Shown here in pieces: positions 1-9,359 of a stretch of DNA of 64,000 nucleotides. The translations under genes were made by a program, and so were the position numbers. Where the stretch lies: contig CAXXSM010000132.1 in the NCBI GenBank assembly GCA_963663405.2, positions 160,001 through 224,000 of the forward strand. The letters are read 5' to 3'. The notes beneath the pieces were generated by a model, which saw only the letters and a program-made list of their open reading frames with translations, did not search any database and had not been told where the DNA came from. Positions within the stretch are counted from its first letter, which is position 1. Each line of letters starts with the position of its first letter. The DNA comes from a bacterium (GTDB lineage: Bacteria; Hinthialibacterota; Hinthialibacteria; Hinthialibacterales; Hinthialibacteraceae).

Positions 1-699
1 TGAAAGCCATACACCGTGTCGGTCATCTCTTTTTTCCACATCGAAAAAATAGAGCCAATCACCGGCCGGAACAATGGCGGCGGGAGCCACAGGGAAACGC
101 CAGCCTTGAGGAGTTTGGATACGCTTATAAACGCTTAACGGTTGCGTGGAATACGCCAAACCTGAACCTACGCTTTTAAAATTCCATATTCCTTCTCCAG
201 CCAACTCAATCAACGAATAATAGATATACGATCTACCGTTGATATAAATTCCACTGAGAGGCCAAATTCGATGATGGTCCCAAGATTCATCGGGAAGGAA
301 TTCGATCGCCTGCGCGACTTTGCCATCCTGGCCTGTTAAAAAAAGTAACTCAGGAGGCGCGTTTTCAATCGTCTCACCGAGTTGAGCGACTGCGCAAGAC
401 ACGGCGCCCCCGGCAAAATGAGGTTTTCCAGTGTTGTCTCGCGATCCCTTAAAAGTGTCTCCGAACCACCAAAGGAATCCACCTGGCACACTATAGGAAA
501 AGCCCCCATCCTGAGAAATAATTGAAGCCTTCGCGTGCCCTTGGTTCCAGACTACCCCAAGGAAACTGCTGCGAACCACATCAACGCTCTCACATCTCTT
601 GGTAACTGTGTGCGAGCAACCGAAAACCAACACTATAAAGCATACAAAGACAGCTGCTTTCAGACTTAAAGTAAGGTTTCTTGCTGAAATGTGGGACAT
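1..699 (-). CDS. DUF4185-like beta-propeller lipoprotein (3' end runs off window)
   Basis: Not in the ORF track; translated by hand. Open frame from ATG at 699 (GGAG RBS upstream) to position 1: MSHISARNLTLSLKAAVFVCFIVLVFGC (lipobox)...QDGGFSYSVPGGFLWWFGDTF...RIWPLSGIYINGRSYIYY. The DG.S...W.FGDT motif is typical of DUF4185/DUF5005 propellers. Confidence 0.65.
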   Translation of the reverse strand, partial: MSHISARNLTLSLKAAVFVCFIVLVFGCSHTVTKRCESVDVVRSSFLGVVWNQGHAKASIISQDGGFSYSVPGGFLWWFGDTFKGSRDNTGKPHFAGGAVSCAVAQLGETIENAPPELLFLTGQDGKVAQAIEFLPDESWDHHRIWPLSGIYINGRSYIYYSLIELAGEGIWNFKSVGSGLAYSTQPLSVYKRIQTPQGWRFPVAPAAIVPAGDWLYFFDVEKRDDRHGVWLS

Positions 700-746
700 G
701 TTGTTTTCTCCGTTGAACGCGGTTCTTCAGCGAAGTAAAAGTAGAA

Positions 747-857
747 GTAGGGTGGACTAAAAGCGAAGCGTAGCCCACCATTTCTTCTAGATGGTATCGT
801 TAATCGGAGAAAAGCAAAGCCTCCAGGTTACAGATGGGCTACGCTGCGCTTTTGGCT
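747..857. repeat. REPIN-like inverted pair of GTAG-type REP palindromes
   Basis: GTAGGGTGGACTAAAAGCGAAGCGTAGCCCACC at 747-779; inverted partial copy GATGGGCTACGCTGCGCTTTTGGCT at 833-857. Confidence 0.7.
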
Positions 858-967
858 ACGGGATCTGCGGGAGGCGCTCGAAAAACACGGTTCGAAAATC
901 ATTTCGTTTGTGGATATTGAGAAACGGAATATAATGTAAGTGAAAAGCCCAAATAAGGATAATAATT

Positions 968-1204
968 ATGTCGATATTTAAACCAATATTCGATATCAAA
1001 GTCTATAAAGCAGATAAAGATGGTCCATTTCCTTTTCTTTCACCTACTATTGAAATCAATACTGATGGATATTCATCTCAAAATATAGCGAGTGAAACCG
1101 AAGTAGATGAAGTCATCGATTATCTCATTGGTGAGTTGCAGAAAACTCGAAAAAAAGCTAAGAAAATATTTAAAGATTATAAAAAATCTATACAAGATAA
1201 ATAG
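968..1204 (+). CDS. Small hypothetical protein (78 aa)
   Basis: AT-rich ORF with AAGGA RBS and TATAAT at 930-935; acidic middle and basic helical C-terminus. Confidence 0.6.
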   Translation: MSIFKPIFDIKVYKADKDGPFPFLSPTIEINTDGYSSQNIASETEVDEVIDYLIGELQKTRKKAKKIFKDYKKSIQDK

Positions 1205-1265
1205 ACCGCCCACTATGCGTGGAAAAGGCAACAAGGCCGTCTATGGGCGGCCTCAGCGAAATCAT

Positions 1266-1350
1266 GTAGGGTGGGTCACGCTTTTTTGACCCACCGCATA
1301 TGATTAATTGTTTGGGTATTCGGCGCATCATAAAGACGCGACCCACAAGT
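1266..1350. repeat. REP/REPIN-like element, copy A
   Basis: GTAGGGTGGGTCACGCTTTTTTGACCCACC hairpin followed by a degenerate inverted copy (CGGCGCATCATAAAGACGCGACCCAC); homologous to 3730-3808 and 42794-42822. Confidence 0.7.
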
Positions 1351-1360
1351 CGGAATAATC

Positions 1361-1413
1361 CAAAGGCCAAAGGCCGAAGGAAAAAACCTTCAGCCTTCAG
1401 TCTTCCACCTTCA
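1361..1413 (-). repeat. CCTTCAG-heptamer hairpin downstream of phnX (possible terminator/stabiliser)
   Basis: AAAGGCCAAAGGCCGAAGG-A6-CCTTCAGCCTTCAGTCTT; the same heptamers abut the phnW stop at 2472-2487. Confidence 0.45.
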
Positions 1414-1421
1414 ACCTCTCC

Positions 1422-2252
1422 CTACGGTCTTTCCCCGCGCGACAGGCGGGTGTTGATTTCGTCTAGGATCGCTGGGCAATCGTCGATCGCGTCGACGACG
1501 TAGTGGGCGCCGGATTGGGCCATGCGTGTGTAGGCGCGGGCTTTTTTCGCTGCGCGGGTTTCTTCGTCGATGGCGTTGTATTCGTCGAGGGTGAGTCCCA
1601 TCTCGTTGCCGGTGCAGGCGAGGCCGATGGTCCACATGCCCGCGTTTAAGCCTTCATCGATGTCGGGAATCGTGTCGCCGATTTTTACGTATGATTCCAT
1701 TGGGTAGATTTGGAGATCGAAGGCATTTTTGATGCACATCCAAGGATGGGGGCGTCCCGCTGGGACATCGGTCGCGCAGACGGACGCGTCCGGCGTGTAG
1801 CCGCGTTTTTTTGCTTCTTCAATCAGGAGTTTCATCATTTCGCCGGTATAGCCTGTTGTCGAACCGATTTTCAGGCCACGTTTACGAAAATCTTCCTGTG
1901 TTTCGAGCATATTCGGCACTAAATCGGCGTAATCGGCCAGGCACTTCAATTGCAGAGGGACGAATTCTTGGAACATTTTTTCCACGTCGTCTTCTGTGCA
2001 TTTTTTGCCGTGGACGCGTTCCCATTCCTTCGCGACGGCGGGGATTTGTGAGATTTCCCGGATGTGCACTTTCTTGTGCGCGCCCATCGGTTCTCTGGCT
2101 TGTTCGATCGTGATATCTACGCCATTGCGTTTGTAGACTTCAATAAATACGACGGCAGGCGCGAAGCACCCGAAATCCATCGTTGTGCCAGCCCAATCGA
2201 GAATGACCGCTTTTACCGGTCCGCGATATGTTCGTTGAAATACAAAATCCAT
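1422..2252 (-). CDS. phnX: Phosphonoacetaldehyde hydrolase (phosphonatase)
   Basis: HAD motif DWAGTTMDFGCFAP, GRPHPWM, KIGDTIPDIDEGLNAGMWTIG; start moved to ATG 2252 with AAGGAG RBS; adjacent to phnW. Confidence 0.95.
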   Translation of the reverse strand: MDFVFQRTYRGPVKAVILDWAGTTMDFGCFAPAVVFIEVYKRNGVDITIEQAREPMGAHKKVHIREISQIPAVAKEWERVHGKKCTEDDVEKMFQEFVPLQLKCLADYADLVPNMLETQEDFRKRGLKIGSTTGYTGEMMKLLIEEAKKRGYTPDASVCATDVPAGRPHPWMCIKNAFDLQIYPMESYVKIGDTIPDIDEGLNAGMWTIGLACTGNEMGLTLDEYNAIDEETRAAKKARAYTRMAQSGAHYVVDAIDDCPAILDEINTRLSRGERP

Positions 2253-2330
2253 TGATTGACTCCTTTTTGATAGGTTAATTTTGGAATATCCAAATTGTTT
2301 GTGATTCAAGAATGATATGTATTATTACCG

Positions 2331-2445
2331 ATAATTTGTTGGAATTAAGCAAGGGGAGAATAAAACCTTCCCCTTGGCGCCCGCTCTACTACATAAGATT
2401 GTGGGAATAATGCAAGGAGAGAACAAAACTTTCCCTTGCCACCCG
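2331..2445. repeat. Tandem pair of ~53-bp hairpin-containing direct repeats
   Basis: GCAAGGGGAGAATAAAACCTTCCCCTTGGCGCCCG (2349-2383) and GCAAGGAGAGAACAAAACTTTCCCTTGCCACCCG (2412-2445), each preceded by a similar TGTTGGAATTAA/TGTGGGAATAAT. Confidence 0.7.
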
Positions 2446-2486
2446 ACAGTTTTTTTAGATGAAAGGCTTTTCCTTCAGCCTTCAGC

Positions 2487-3632
2487 CTATCCACCTAATT
2501 TCATTCCCATTTCATTTATGACTTCGCGGATCGTTTGGAGTAAAATCCGTGTATCCGCTTCGGAGATTCGTCCGATATGGCCGATCCGGAAGCAATCCGC
2601 GTTGCTTACTTTGCCTGGGTAGATCACCTGATCGCGTTCGTTTAATTTTTGGTAGAATTCATCGAATGAGAAATTTGGATCTTTGGGATATAAGAAGGAT
2701 GTGATGATGTATCCTTGAATTTCGGGGCGTAAATATTCCTTGAAACCCATTTTCCGCATTCCATCAAGAAGAATTTCGTAATTTTTCCGGTACCGGGCGC
2801 CACGAGCTTCAACGCCGCCTTCTTCGTTCAGCTCGATCAACGCTTGATGAAACGCGAGCAGCGCGTGCGTCGGGGGAGTAAATCGGAATTGACCGTTTGA
2901 TTCAAGTCCTTTCCATTGATCCAATAGGTCCATGCTCATGCTGCGGGCGTATCCCTGCGTGGATAGCAGCGTTTCCTTCCGCGCTAAAACGAAGGAAAAG
3001 CCTGGGACGCCTTCGACGCATTTGTTCGCCGAGGAGACGAGATAGTCGATCTTACATTCCGCCAGGTCGACCGGGACCGCGCCGAAGCTGCTCATCGCGT
3101 CAACGAAAAAGACTCGGTTGTTCTCTTGTACGATTTCGCCGATTTCTTTGATCGGATTGATAATTCCGGTTGTGGTTTCGCAATGAACGACGACGACGTT
3201 CGTAATCGACTCATCATCGGCCAATGCGATGGAGATCTCTTTCAAATCGGGCAGGCAGTTTTCCGGATATTCCAAAATCTCTGTTTCGATTTTTAAGATC
3301 GACGCCATCTTCGCGATGCGTTTTCCATACGCGCCATTGATGATCACAAGGAGCTTCCCATCCGGTGGGATCGTTGAGGAGACCACGGCTTCCAGGCCAT
3401 ACGTTCCGCTGCCCTGCATTAGGATCGTTTCGTAATCGCCTTTTTTTACATTGCCCAGCGCTAGCAGCGCGTCCCGGATTTCTCGTACGGTTTTGATGAA
3501 TTCAAAATCGCGCGATCCGAGATCGCGCAGCATGGCTTGTTTGACCGTCTGACTGGTCGTCAGCGGGCCCGGAGTGAATAAAATCTTATCTTTCCATCCA
3601 GAAAAACTGGACTTACGAATATCTAAGGTCAT
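2487..3632 (-). CDS. phnW: 2-aminoethylphosphonate-pyruvate transaminase
   Basis: LFTPGPLTTS, GSGTYGLEAV, VHCETTTG, VDAMSSFG, PLP lysine SSANKCVEGVPG, QFRFTPPTH. Confidence 0.95.
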   Translation of the reverse strand: MTLDIRKSSFSGWKDKILFTPGPLTTSQTVKQAMLRDLGSRDFEFIKTVREIRDALLALGNVKKGDYETILMQGSGTYGLEAVVSSTIPPDGKLLVIINGAYGKRIAKMASILKIETEILEYPENCLPDLKEISIALADDESITNVVVVHCETTTGIINPIKEIGEIVQENNRVFFVDAMSSFGAVPVDLAECKIDYLVSSANKCVEGVPGFSFVLARKETLLSTQGYARSMSMDLLDQWKGLESNGQFRFTPPTHALLAFHQALIELNEEGGVEARGARYRKNYEILLDGMRKMGFKEYLRPEIQGYIITSFLYPKDPNFSFDEFYQKLNERDQVIYPGKVSNADCFRIGHIGRISEADTRILLQTIREVINEMGMKLGG

Positions 3633-3729
3633 TTTTAATCCCTTTCAGCCTGAATGTTGACATTACGGTTTCTATGTTAACTATCATGATAGAGATCACA
3701 ACGTATAATTGAAAACGAGTTGCGGTAAC

Positions 3730-3808
3730 GCAGGGTGGGTCGCGCGTTATCAACCCACCGGGGAAAATTAGTACATTCGGCGCCTCATATAGACGCTAAC
3801 CACCAAGA
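3730..3808. repeat. REP/REPIN-like element, copy B
   Basis: GCAGGGTGGGTCGCGCGTTATCAACCCACC ... TTCGGCGCCTCATATAGACGCTAACCACCAAG aligns with 1266-1350. Confidence 0.65.
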
Positions 3809-4078
3809 TGGCATGGGTTTCCTTTGAAGAATGGTATTATCGTGACTTTAAATAGGCAAGGAATTCATCACCTAAAATATGGCTAATTATGGATTAAATC
3901 GTTGATTTGTAAACGATTATTTTCGATGAGGGTTGACTTTCATTTCCTGTATCTCAAAAAAAAATGAGATAAAACCGCTTTTCTTGTGTATTCATATACT
4001 GTAAACGCTGAGTTTCGCGTGATTTATATTATAATTAATATTGTTGCGATCCTGTACGTTTTCATCTTGTGTTTCTGG

Positions 4079-4942
4079 ATGTCAAAGATGGGTACATCTC
4101 AAATCCTGCAATGCCGGAATCGAAATCTTGACTGGGGAGACCGCACGTTGTTGATGGGGATTCTCAACGTGACTCCCGATTCGTTTAGTGACGGGGGCCG
4201 GTTTTTTAATTCTAGTTTTGCTATACAACATGCTTATCATCTTTTTGAGGAAGGCGCCGATATTGTTGATATCGGGGGAGAATCGTCCCGGCCCGGCGCC
4301 AATCCGGTGTCTGTAGAAGAGGAGATCCGGCGTTTGATCCCTGTGATCGATGAGGTCGCAGGGAAGGGAAAAGGGCTGATTTCCGTCGATACCGTAAAAT
4401 ATGATGTAGCCAAACGGGCATTGGACGCGGGCGCAGCTATCATTAACGATATCAGTGGTTTACAGCGCGAGCCCCGGCTGGCGGAGCTGGCGGTGGAGAC
4501 GGGGGCCGGCTTGATTATCATGCACATGCGCGGTACCCCGCAGACCATGCAAACGTTTGTTGAATATGATGACTTAATCTCCGAGGTAAGGCATTTTTTT
4601 CAAGAACAAGCAGCCTTGGCGAAACGTATGGGTGTGAAAGACGATCAGATCGTTCTCGATCCGGGAATCGGATTCAGTAAAACCGCGGAGCAGAATTTAA
4701 CGCTTCTCAATCATCTGGAAGAACTCCGTGTTAATGAAGCGCCGTTAGCCGTCGGTGTGTCAAGGAAATCATTTATCGGAAAAATTACGGGCGCCGAAGT
4801 CGACGAACGCCTTTACGGCACAGCGGGCGCGGTCGCCTGCAGCGTGATGAAGGGGGCGAATCTGATCCGCGTGCATGATGTCCGCGCCATGAAAGATGTT
4901 GTGGCCGCCGCGGATGCGATCCGCCGCGAGCGCATCGTCTGA
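4079..4942 (+). CDS. folP: Dihydropteroate synthase
   Basis: MGILNVTPDSFSDGG, DIGGESSRPGA, DPGIGFSK, GVSRKSFIG, RVHDV; start probably ATG 4079 or 4088. Confidence 0.95.
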   Translation: MSKMGTSQILQCRNRNLDWGDRTLLMGILNVTPDSFSDGGRFFNSSFAIQHAYHLFEEGADIVDIGGESSRPGANPVSVEEEIRRLIPVIDEVAGKGKGLISVDTVKYDVAKRALDAGAAIINDISGLQREPRLAELAVETGAGLIIMHMRGTPQTMQTFVEYDDLISEVRHFFQEQAALAKRMGVKDDQIVLDPGIGFSKTAEQNLTLLNHLEELRVNEAPLAVGVSRKSFIGKITGAEVDERLYGTAGAVACSVMKGANLIRVHDVRAMKDVVAAADAIRRERIV

Positions 4943-4970
4943 GAAAACAAATTGGAGAATACGCGCATCG

Positions 4971-5732
4971 ATGTGGTTTAGAATCTTTGGCCAGAACGCG
5001 ATCCAGACCCTTGCGGAGATCCTCATTTTATGGGGTTTGTTCTATTTGATATTGAAAAGTCTGCGGGGCACAAAAGCCATGCAGGCCGTTCTGTTTCTGT
5101 TATTGCTTCTTCTTATGACCTATCTGTGCCGGTTATTGAATCTCAGTACGCTCCAATGGTTGTTTTCAAGCGCGCAGGCGCCGATTTTCGTGGGGATGGT
5201 CATTCTCTACGCTCCGGAATTACGCCGCGCTTTTTCTGAATTAACCCGGCGGCCCGTCTACAGGCGTTCCCGGAAGATCGAAGATCCTATCGTCGCCGAA
5301 GTGACCAAAGCGGCCCAAGTTCTCTCACGAAGACATATCGGCGCGTTGATCGTTTTTGAACGGTCCGCCAGTTTGCAGGGTTTCATCGATACGGGAGTTC
5401 CGATGGAAAGCCAAATTTCATCGGAACTATTAATCACGATTTTTTCACCTATGACACCGCTGCATGATGGCGCTGTGATTATCACCGGAGGACGAATCGC
5501 CGCCGCGTCCTGTCTTTTACCCCTAAGCGAGCGGGATGAAATTGACACAAGCCTTGGCATGCGGCACCGCGCCGCGCTTGGATTGTCTGAAGAAACGGAC
5601 GCTGTGACTGTGATTGTTTCGGAAGAGACCGGCGCCGTGTCGATCGCGATTGATGGACGGCTTACGAGGGAATTGGAACAACCCCAATTCCAGAAAGTTC
5701 TTCAGAATCTGGTCAAGGGAGGGAGGAAATGA
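4971..5732 (+). CDS. cdaA: Diadenylate cyclase CdaA/DacA
   Basis: Three N-terminal TM segments, PELRRA, GALIV, TPLHDGA, GMRHRAA, VSEETG. Confidence 0.92.
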   Translation: MWFRIFGQNAIQTLAEILILWGLFYLILKSLRGTKAMQAVLFLLLLLLMTYLCRLLNLSTLQWLFSSAQAPIFVGMVILYAPELRRAFSELTRRPVYRRSRKIEDPIVAEVTKAAQVLSRRHIGALIVFERSASLQGFIDTGVPMESQISSELLITIFSPMTPLHDGAVIITGGRIAAASCLLPLSERDEIDTSLGMRHRAALGLSEETDAVTVIVSEETGAVSIAIDGRLTRELEQPQFQKVLQNLVKGGRK

Positions 5733-6502
5733 GAAAGTTTTTCACTCAAAACCTTGCCCTTAAATTCTTCGCGTTGCTGATGGCCGTTTCCCTCGTATGG
5801 ATCAAGGCTCAGGAGCGGATGACGATCAGCGCGCTTTCCGGCGTTCACGTCACTCTCGATAACCGGCCTAATAATTTAATCCTTCCCAATCCGAATTGGA
5901 TTCCATTGCCTGTCAATTGTTCTATTAAAGGCCCAATTAATATTGTGAAGATTGTGCGGCAGGAAAGTTGCGTTTTCCGTATTGATCTTTCAAAAATCAG
6001 TTTAAAAGACGATGGCGTTCCTGTGACGGTGGACTTTACCAGAGACATGTTCAATACCAATTTAGATGCCGATGAAGAAAACCGGATCACCGTTATGGAA
6101 GAATCCATCCAACCAAGGCAGGCTTCCATACGGATTCTGCCTTGGAATGTGGAGAAGGAAAGACCCGCCCACGATCGATTACAAGATGATTTCAACCAAA
6201 TCGTGATTCCTCTTCTCCGTGTCGAAAAGCGCGTAAAAGTGATAGTCGATTCGTTCGGCGAGCCGCCTGCGGGAGCGCAGCGCTATCAAATCAAAATGGA
6301 TCCCGAATCCATTCTTCTCACAGGTCCCAAGGAAGCCATCGACCGGGTGGAGTCTGTTTCCACCAGCCGTCTGGATTTACGCTGGATTAAGATGGACCGG
6401 CCCTTCTCGCTTCCTTTGCATGGGATTGGCGAAGGATTCGATCTTAGACCGGTGGGGGCGAATATCCACGAAGTAACAGTCGTTTTCCAGAAAAAAAATT
6501 GA
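5729..6502 (+). CDS. cdaR: YbbR-domain CdaA regulator-like protein
   Basis: ATGA overlap with cdaA; N-terminal anchor NLALKFFALLMAVSLVW; YbbR-like P.SILLTGP segment. Confidence 0.7.
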   Translation: MRKFFTQNLALKFFALLMAVSLVWIKAQERMTISALSGVHVTLDNRPNNLILPNPNWIPLPVNCSIKGPINIVKIVRQESCVFRIDLSKISLKDDGVPVTVDFTRDMFNTNLDADEENRITVMEESIQPRQASIRILPWNVEKERPAHDRLQDDFNQIVIPLLRVEKRVKVIVDSFGEPPAGAQRYQIKMDPESILLTGPKEAIDRVESVSTSRLDLRWIKMDRPFSLPLHGIGEGFDLRPVGANIHEVTVVFQKKN

Positions 6503-6534
6503 GATCATTGAAGGCAAAATAAGGATCATTCATA

Positions 6535-7269
6535 ATGACAAAACTCTCCGTGAATATCGATCATGTGGCTACACTGCGCCAGTCGAGGGATACTCCGTAT
6601 CCTGATCCCATTGACGCGGCGGTGTTGGCTCAGCTGGGTGGAACAGATGGAATTACCGTTCATCCAAGGGAAGACCGCCGGCATATCCAGGACCGGGATG
6701 TTTTGATCCTAAAACAGATCCTCCAGGTTCCTCTCACACTCGAAATGGCGCTTACCAGTGAGATGGTGGAACTCGCATTACAAGTTCAGCCTTACGCCTG
6801 CACCCTTGTCCCCGAACTGAGGGAAGAGCGAACGACGGAAAGTGGTCTGCGGCTGGTGGGCCGGGAGAGCGTCTTGAAACCCAATATCCAAAAACTGTTG
6901 GACGCGGGCATCAAGGTAAGCATATTCATCGATGCGGAGACGGACGAAATTTCCGCCGCTCATTCACTAGGCGCTCATTATGTTGAAATCCATACAGGCC
7001 CTTACGCGCTCGCGTCTACCCCGGAAAAAGAGGACGAACAATTTCAAATCGTCGAACGGGCCGCCCGTCATGCGGATAACCTTGGCTTGAAAGTCAACGC
7101 CGGTCATGGTCTGCATTACCACAACACAACCCGGATCGCCGCTTCTCCTTTTATCGAATGGCTCCATACGGGTCATAGCATCGTCTCCTTTGCTGTTCTC
7201 GTTGGCATGGAACGGGCGGTACGTGAGATGCAGGAGATTATCCGCCGCGCTGACCGGCGATCGGAATAA
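6535..7269 (+). CDS. pdxJ: Pyridoxine 5'-phosphate synthase
   Basis: LSVNIDHVATLRQ, ITVHPREDRRHI, TLVPE, EIHTGPYA, VNAGHGL. Confidence 0.96.
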   Translation: MTKLSVNIDHVATLRQSRDTPYPDPIDAAVLAQLGGTDGITVHPREDRRHIQDRDVLILKQILQVPLTLEMALTSEMVELALQVQPYACTLVPELREERTTESGLRLVGRESVLKPNIQKLLDAGIKVSIFIDAETDEISAAHSLGAHYVEIHTGPYALASTPEKEDEQFQIVERAARHADNLGLKVNAGHGLHYHNTTRIAASPFIEWLHTGHSIVSFAVLVGMERAVREMQEIIRRADRRSE

Positions 7270-7292
7270 GGACTGATTACTCTACAAATATT

Positions 7293-7952
7293 ATGAATGC
7301 AATCGTGCTGCCTTCATTGCTATCAGCGCCATTTGACCGTTTAGGGGATTCGATTCGGGAATTGGAACAGGTGGGTGTTTCTCTCTTTCACTATGACGTG
7401 ATGGACGGCCACTTCGTTCCCAATCTCACCATCGGACCACTGATTATCAAGAGTCTTCAACCCCACATCTCCAGCCAATTCGACGCTCATCTGATGGTGA
7501 CGAATCCGGAGACTCAGCTTGCTTGGTTTGATCTACCATCGGTCCGGAGCCTTTCGATCCATATTGAAGCGTCGAAGAATCTGGATGCGGATTTGAAAAC
7601 CATCCAGTCCTTCAATAAAAAAGCGGGAATCGTGATCAATCCACCCACGGAAGTGGAAAAACTTGATCCCTACTTGGAAAAAGTGGATCAAATCCTCGTC
7701 ATGTCCGTCCATCCTGGATTCGGCGGCCAGAAATTCATGGAAAATTCCCTCCCGAAAATTGAATACCTGGCGAACCGGAAGTCGAAGGAAGGATTTGAAT
7801 ATCAAATTCAGGTCGATGGAGGAATTAACAAAGAAACAATCCGCTGGGTTTATGACGCGGGGGCGACAGAGATCGTCGCGGGGGACGCGGTTTTCAATAC
7901 AGAGAATCCGCCAGAGACGTATCGGCGGTTGATGAGTATTATAGGTAATTAG
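7293..7952 (+). CDS. rpe: Ribulose-phosphate 3-epimerase
   Basis: HYDVMDGHFVPNLTIG, DAHLM, MSVHPGFGGQKF, QVDGGIN. Confidence 0.96.
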   Translation: MNAIVLPSLLSAPFDRLGDSIRELEQVGVSLFHYDVMDGHFVPNLTIGPLIIKSLQPHISSQFDAHLMVTNPETQLAWFDLPSVRSLSIHIEASKNLDADLKTIQSFNKKAGIVINPPTEVEKLDPYLEKVDQILVMSVHPGFGGQKFMENSLPKIEYLANRKSKEGFEYQIQVDGGINKETIRWVYDAGATEIVAGDAVFNTENPPETYRRLMSIIGN

Positions 7953-7963
7953 TTTGAGTCACG

Positions 7964-7998
7964 CCAAGGCAGAATATAGCCTTGCCTTGGGCGCCCAG
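7964..7998. repeat. Palindromic repeat between convergent genes (same family as 2349/2412)
   Basis: CCAAGGCAGAATATAGCCTTGCCTTGGGCGCCC; stem CCAAGGCA/TGCCTTGG. Confidence 0.55.
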
Positions 7999-8047
7999 TT
8001 TAAATAAAACCTTATTCAGACTTTCCACTCCATCTTTTTTAATTTTG

Positions 8048-8953
8048 TTAACGCCAGACGCTGATTCCGGGATCTTTCAAGCGGACTTGATAGAGGCTTT
8101 GGCGAGCTGTGATGTAGAGAGTCTTGGAGTCTTTTCCACCGAAGGCGCAGTTGGCGGGCTGTTCGGGGACTTCGATAATGGCTATCCGTTCGCCATCGGG
8201 ATCGTAAATGATAACGCCTTCCTCCGCCGTCGCGAAAATCCGGCCTTTTGAGTCGACTTTCATTCCATCTGGAGTCCCCATGCGGGCGATTGTCTTGCCT
8301 CCCTCCAGCGTTCCATCTTTTTTGACGTTGAAGAGACGGATTATACCCGCTTTGGAATCGGCGATATAAAGACGGCTTTCATCCGGTGAAAACGCCAGTC
8401 CGTTTGGCATCTCTAAATCATCCGCCAATAAAACCGGAGCGTTTCCTGGCGTGACTCGATAGACGCCGCAGAAAGAGAGTTCTTTTTGGTCATCCGATAT
8501 CCCATAGGTCGGATCAGTAAAGAAAATCATCCCATCCGAACGAACGGCGGCGTCGTTGGGGCTGTTCAAGCGTTTTCCTTCGTATTGATCCGCAAGGATC
8601 GTGATGGCTCCATTGCTCTCGGTGCGTGTCACCCGGCGATTGACGTGTTCGCAGGCGATCAAGTGTCCCTTTAGATCAAAGGTCAGTCCATTGGAGCCCC
8701 CGCTTTCCACACGCCATATCTGGCTGTTCCCTTTGCCCACGCACCGGATAATATTCGCCGCCGGAATATCGCTGAAGAGAAGATAACCGTCCTTATGCCA
8801 GACTGGGCCTTCTGTAAACTGGAAACCGCTGACAACGATTTCGACGGACGAATCGATGATCTCTGATAACGGCGCTGATTCGGGAGCCGGGGTAAAGGTT
8901 CCCACCAAAATGAATAGCGCAATGAATAGAAAACGGTGTTTTTGAATAATCAT
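8048..8953 (-). CDS. SMP-30/gluconolactonase/LRE family protein, secreted
   Basis: FTEGPVW, SNGLTFD, NSPND, FTDP, PNGLAFSPDE, PDGMKVD; start ATG 8953 with GAAGGAG RBS and a signal peptide. Confidence 0.9.
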   Translation of the reverse strand: MIIQKHRFLFIALFILVGTFTPAPESAPLSEIIDSSVEIVVSGFQFTEGPVWHKDGYLLFSDIPAANIIRCVGKGNSQIWRVESGGSNGLTFDLKGHLIACEHVNRRVTRTESNGAITILADQYEGKRLNSPNDAAVRSDGMIFFTDPTYGISDDQKELSFCGVYRVTPGNAPVLLADDLEMPNGLAFSPDESRLYIADSKAGIIRLFNVKKDGTLEGGKTIARMGTPDGMKVDSKGRIFATAEEGVIIYDPDGERIAIIEVPEQPANCAFGGKDSKTLYITARQSLYQVRLKDPGISVWR

Positions 8954-8990
8954 TAGTATTGATCTCCTTCCCGTTTGTATTGGCTCAATC

Positions 8991-9359
8991 CTATTCATCC
9001 AGCCGGATGACTTGGATTTTAGGCGCTTTGGCTTGATTGAACGCAGTGGCGTCTCCATCGATCCTTCCGAAGGGAATAATCTCGCTGGCCGCTCGTGGCC
9101 GGTCATCGGTTGAAGCGGGTGTGGGGCCATAGAAAATACAGAACGCGTGTCCCGGCGGCCAGTAGGCGAGTTCCCCCACCTCCACAAGTTCACGTTCTCC
9201 CTCAGTCTTCAGGTAGAGAGGTATGCCGAAATAAATCTCATCACCCCAGGTGTTGAAGGGGAGATCGAAAGGTAACGCGTCATAGATCGCTTGCGCGGTT
9301 TCACTATCATCGAGTGTGGCGGTTAGAGAGACTTCCCCAACAGTGATTTGAATCTTCAT
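8991..9359 (-). CDS. Cyclophilin-like fold protein
   Basis: TAQAIYDALP, WGDEIYF, GELAYWPPGHAFCIFYGPTP; GAAGGAG RBS. Confidence 0.85.
   Translation of the reverse strand: MKIQITVGEVSLTATLDDSETAQAIYDALPFDLPFNTWGDEIYFGIPLYLKTEGERELVEVGELAYWPPGHAFCIFYGPTPASTDDRPRAASEIIPFGRIDGDATAFNQAKAPKIQVIRLDE

Noticed and set aside
805-860. GCAAAGCCTCC resembling a c-di-GMP-I riboswitch
   Set aside because: No upstream GGCAAA/GNRA P2 stem; the flanks are explained by REP palindromes.
2331-2445. Possible mini-CRISPR
   Set aside because: Only two imperfect copies, the intervening sequence is also similar, and no cas genes are present.
3986-4078. Long N-terminal extensions in the ORF track (folP, gluconolactonase, epimerase, recA)
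   Set aside because: Downstream starts fit family boundaries better and in several cases have clear RBSs.
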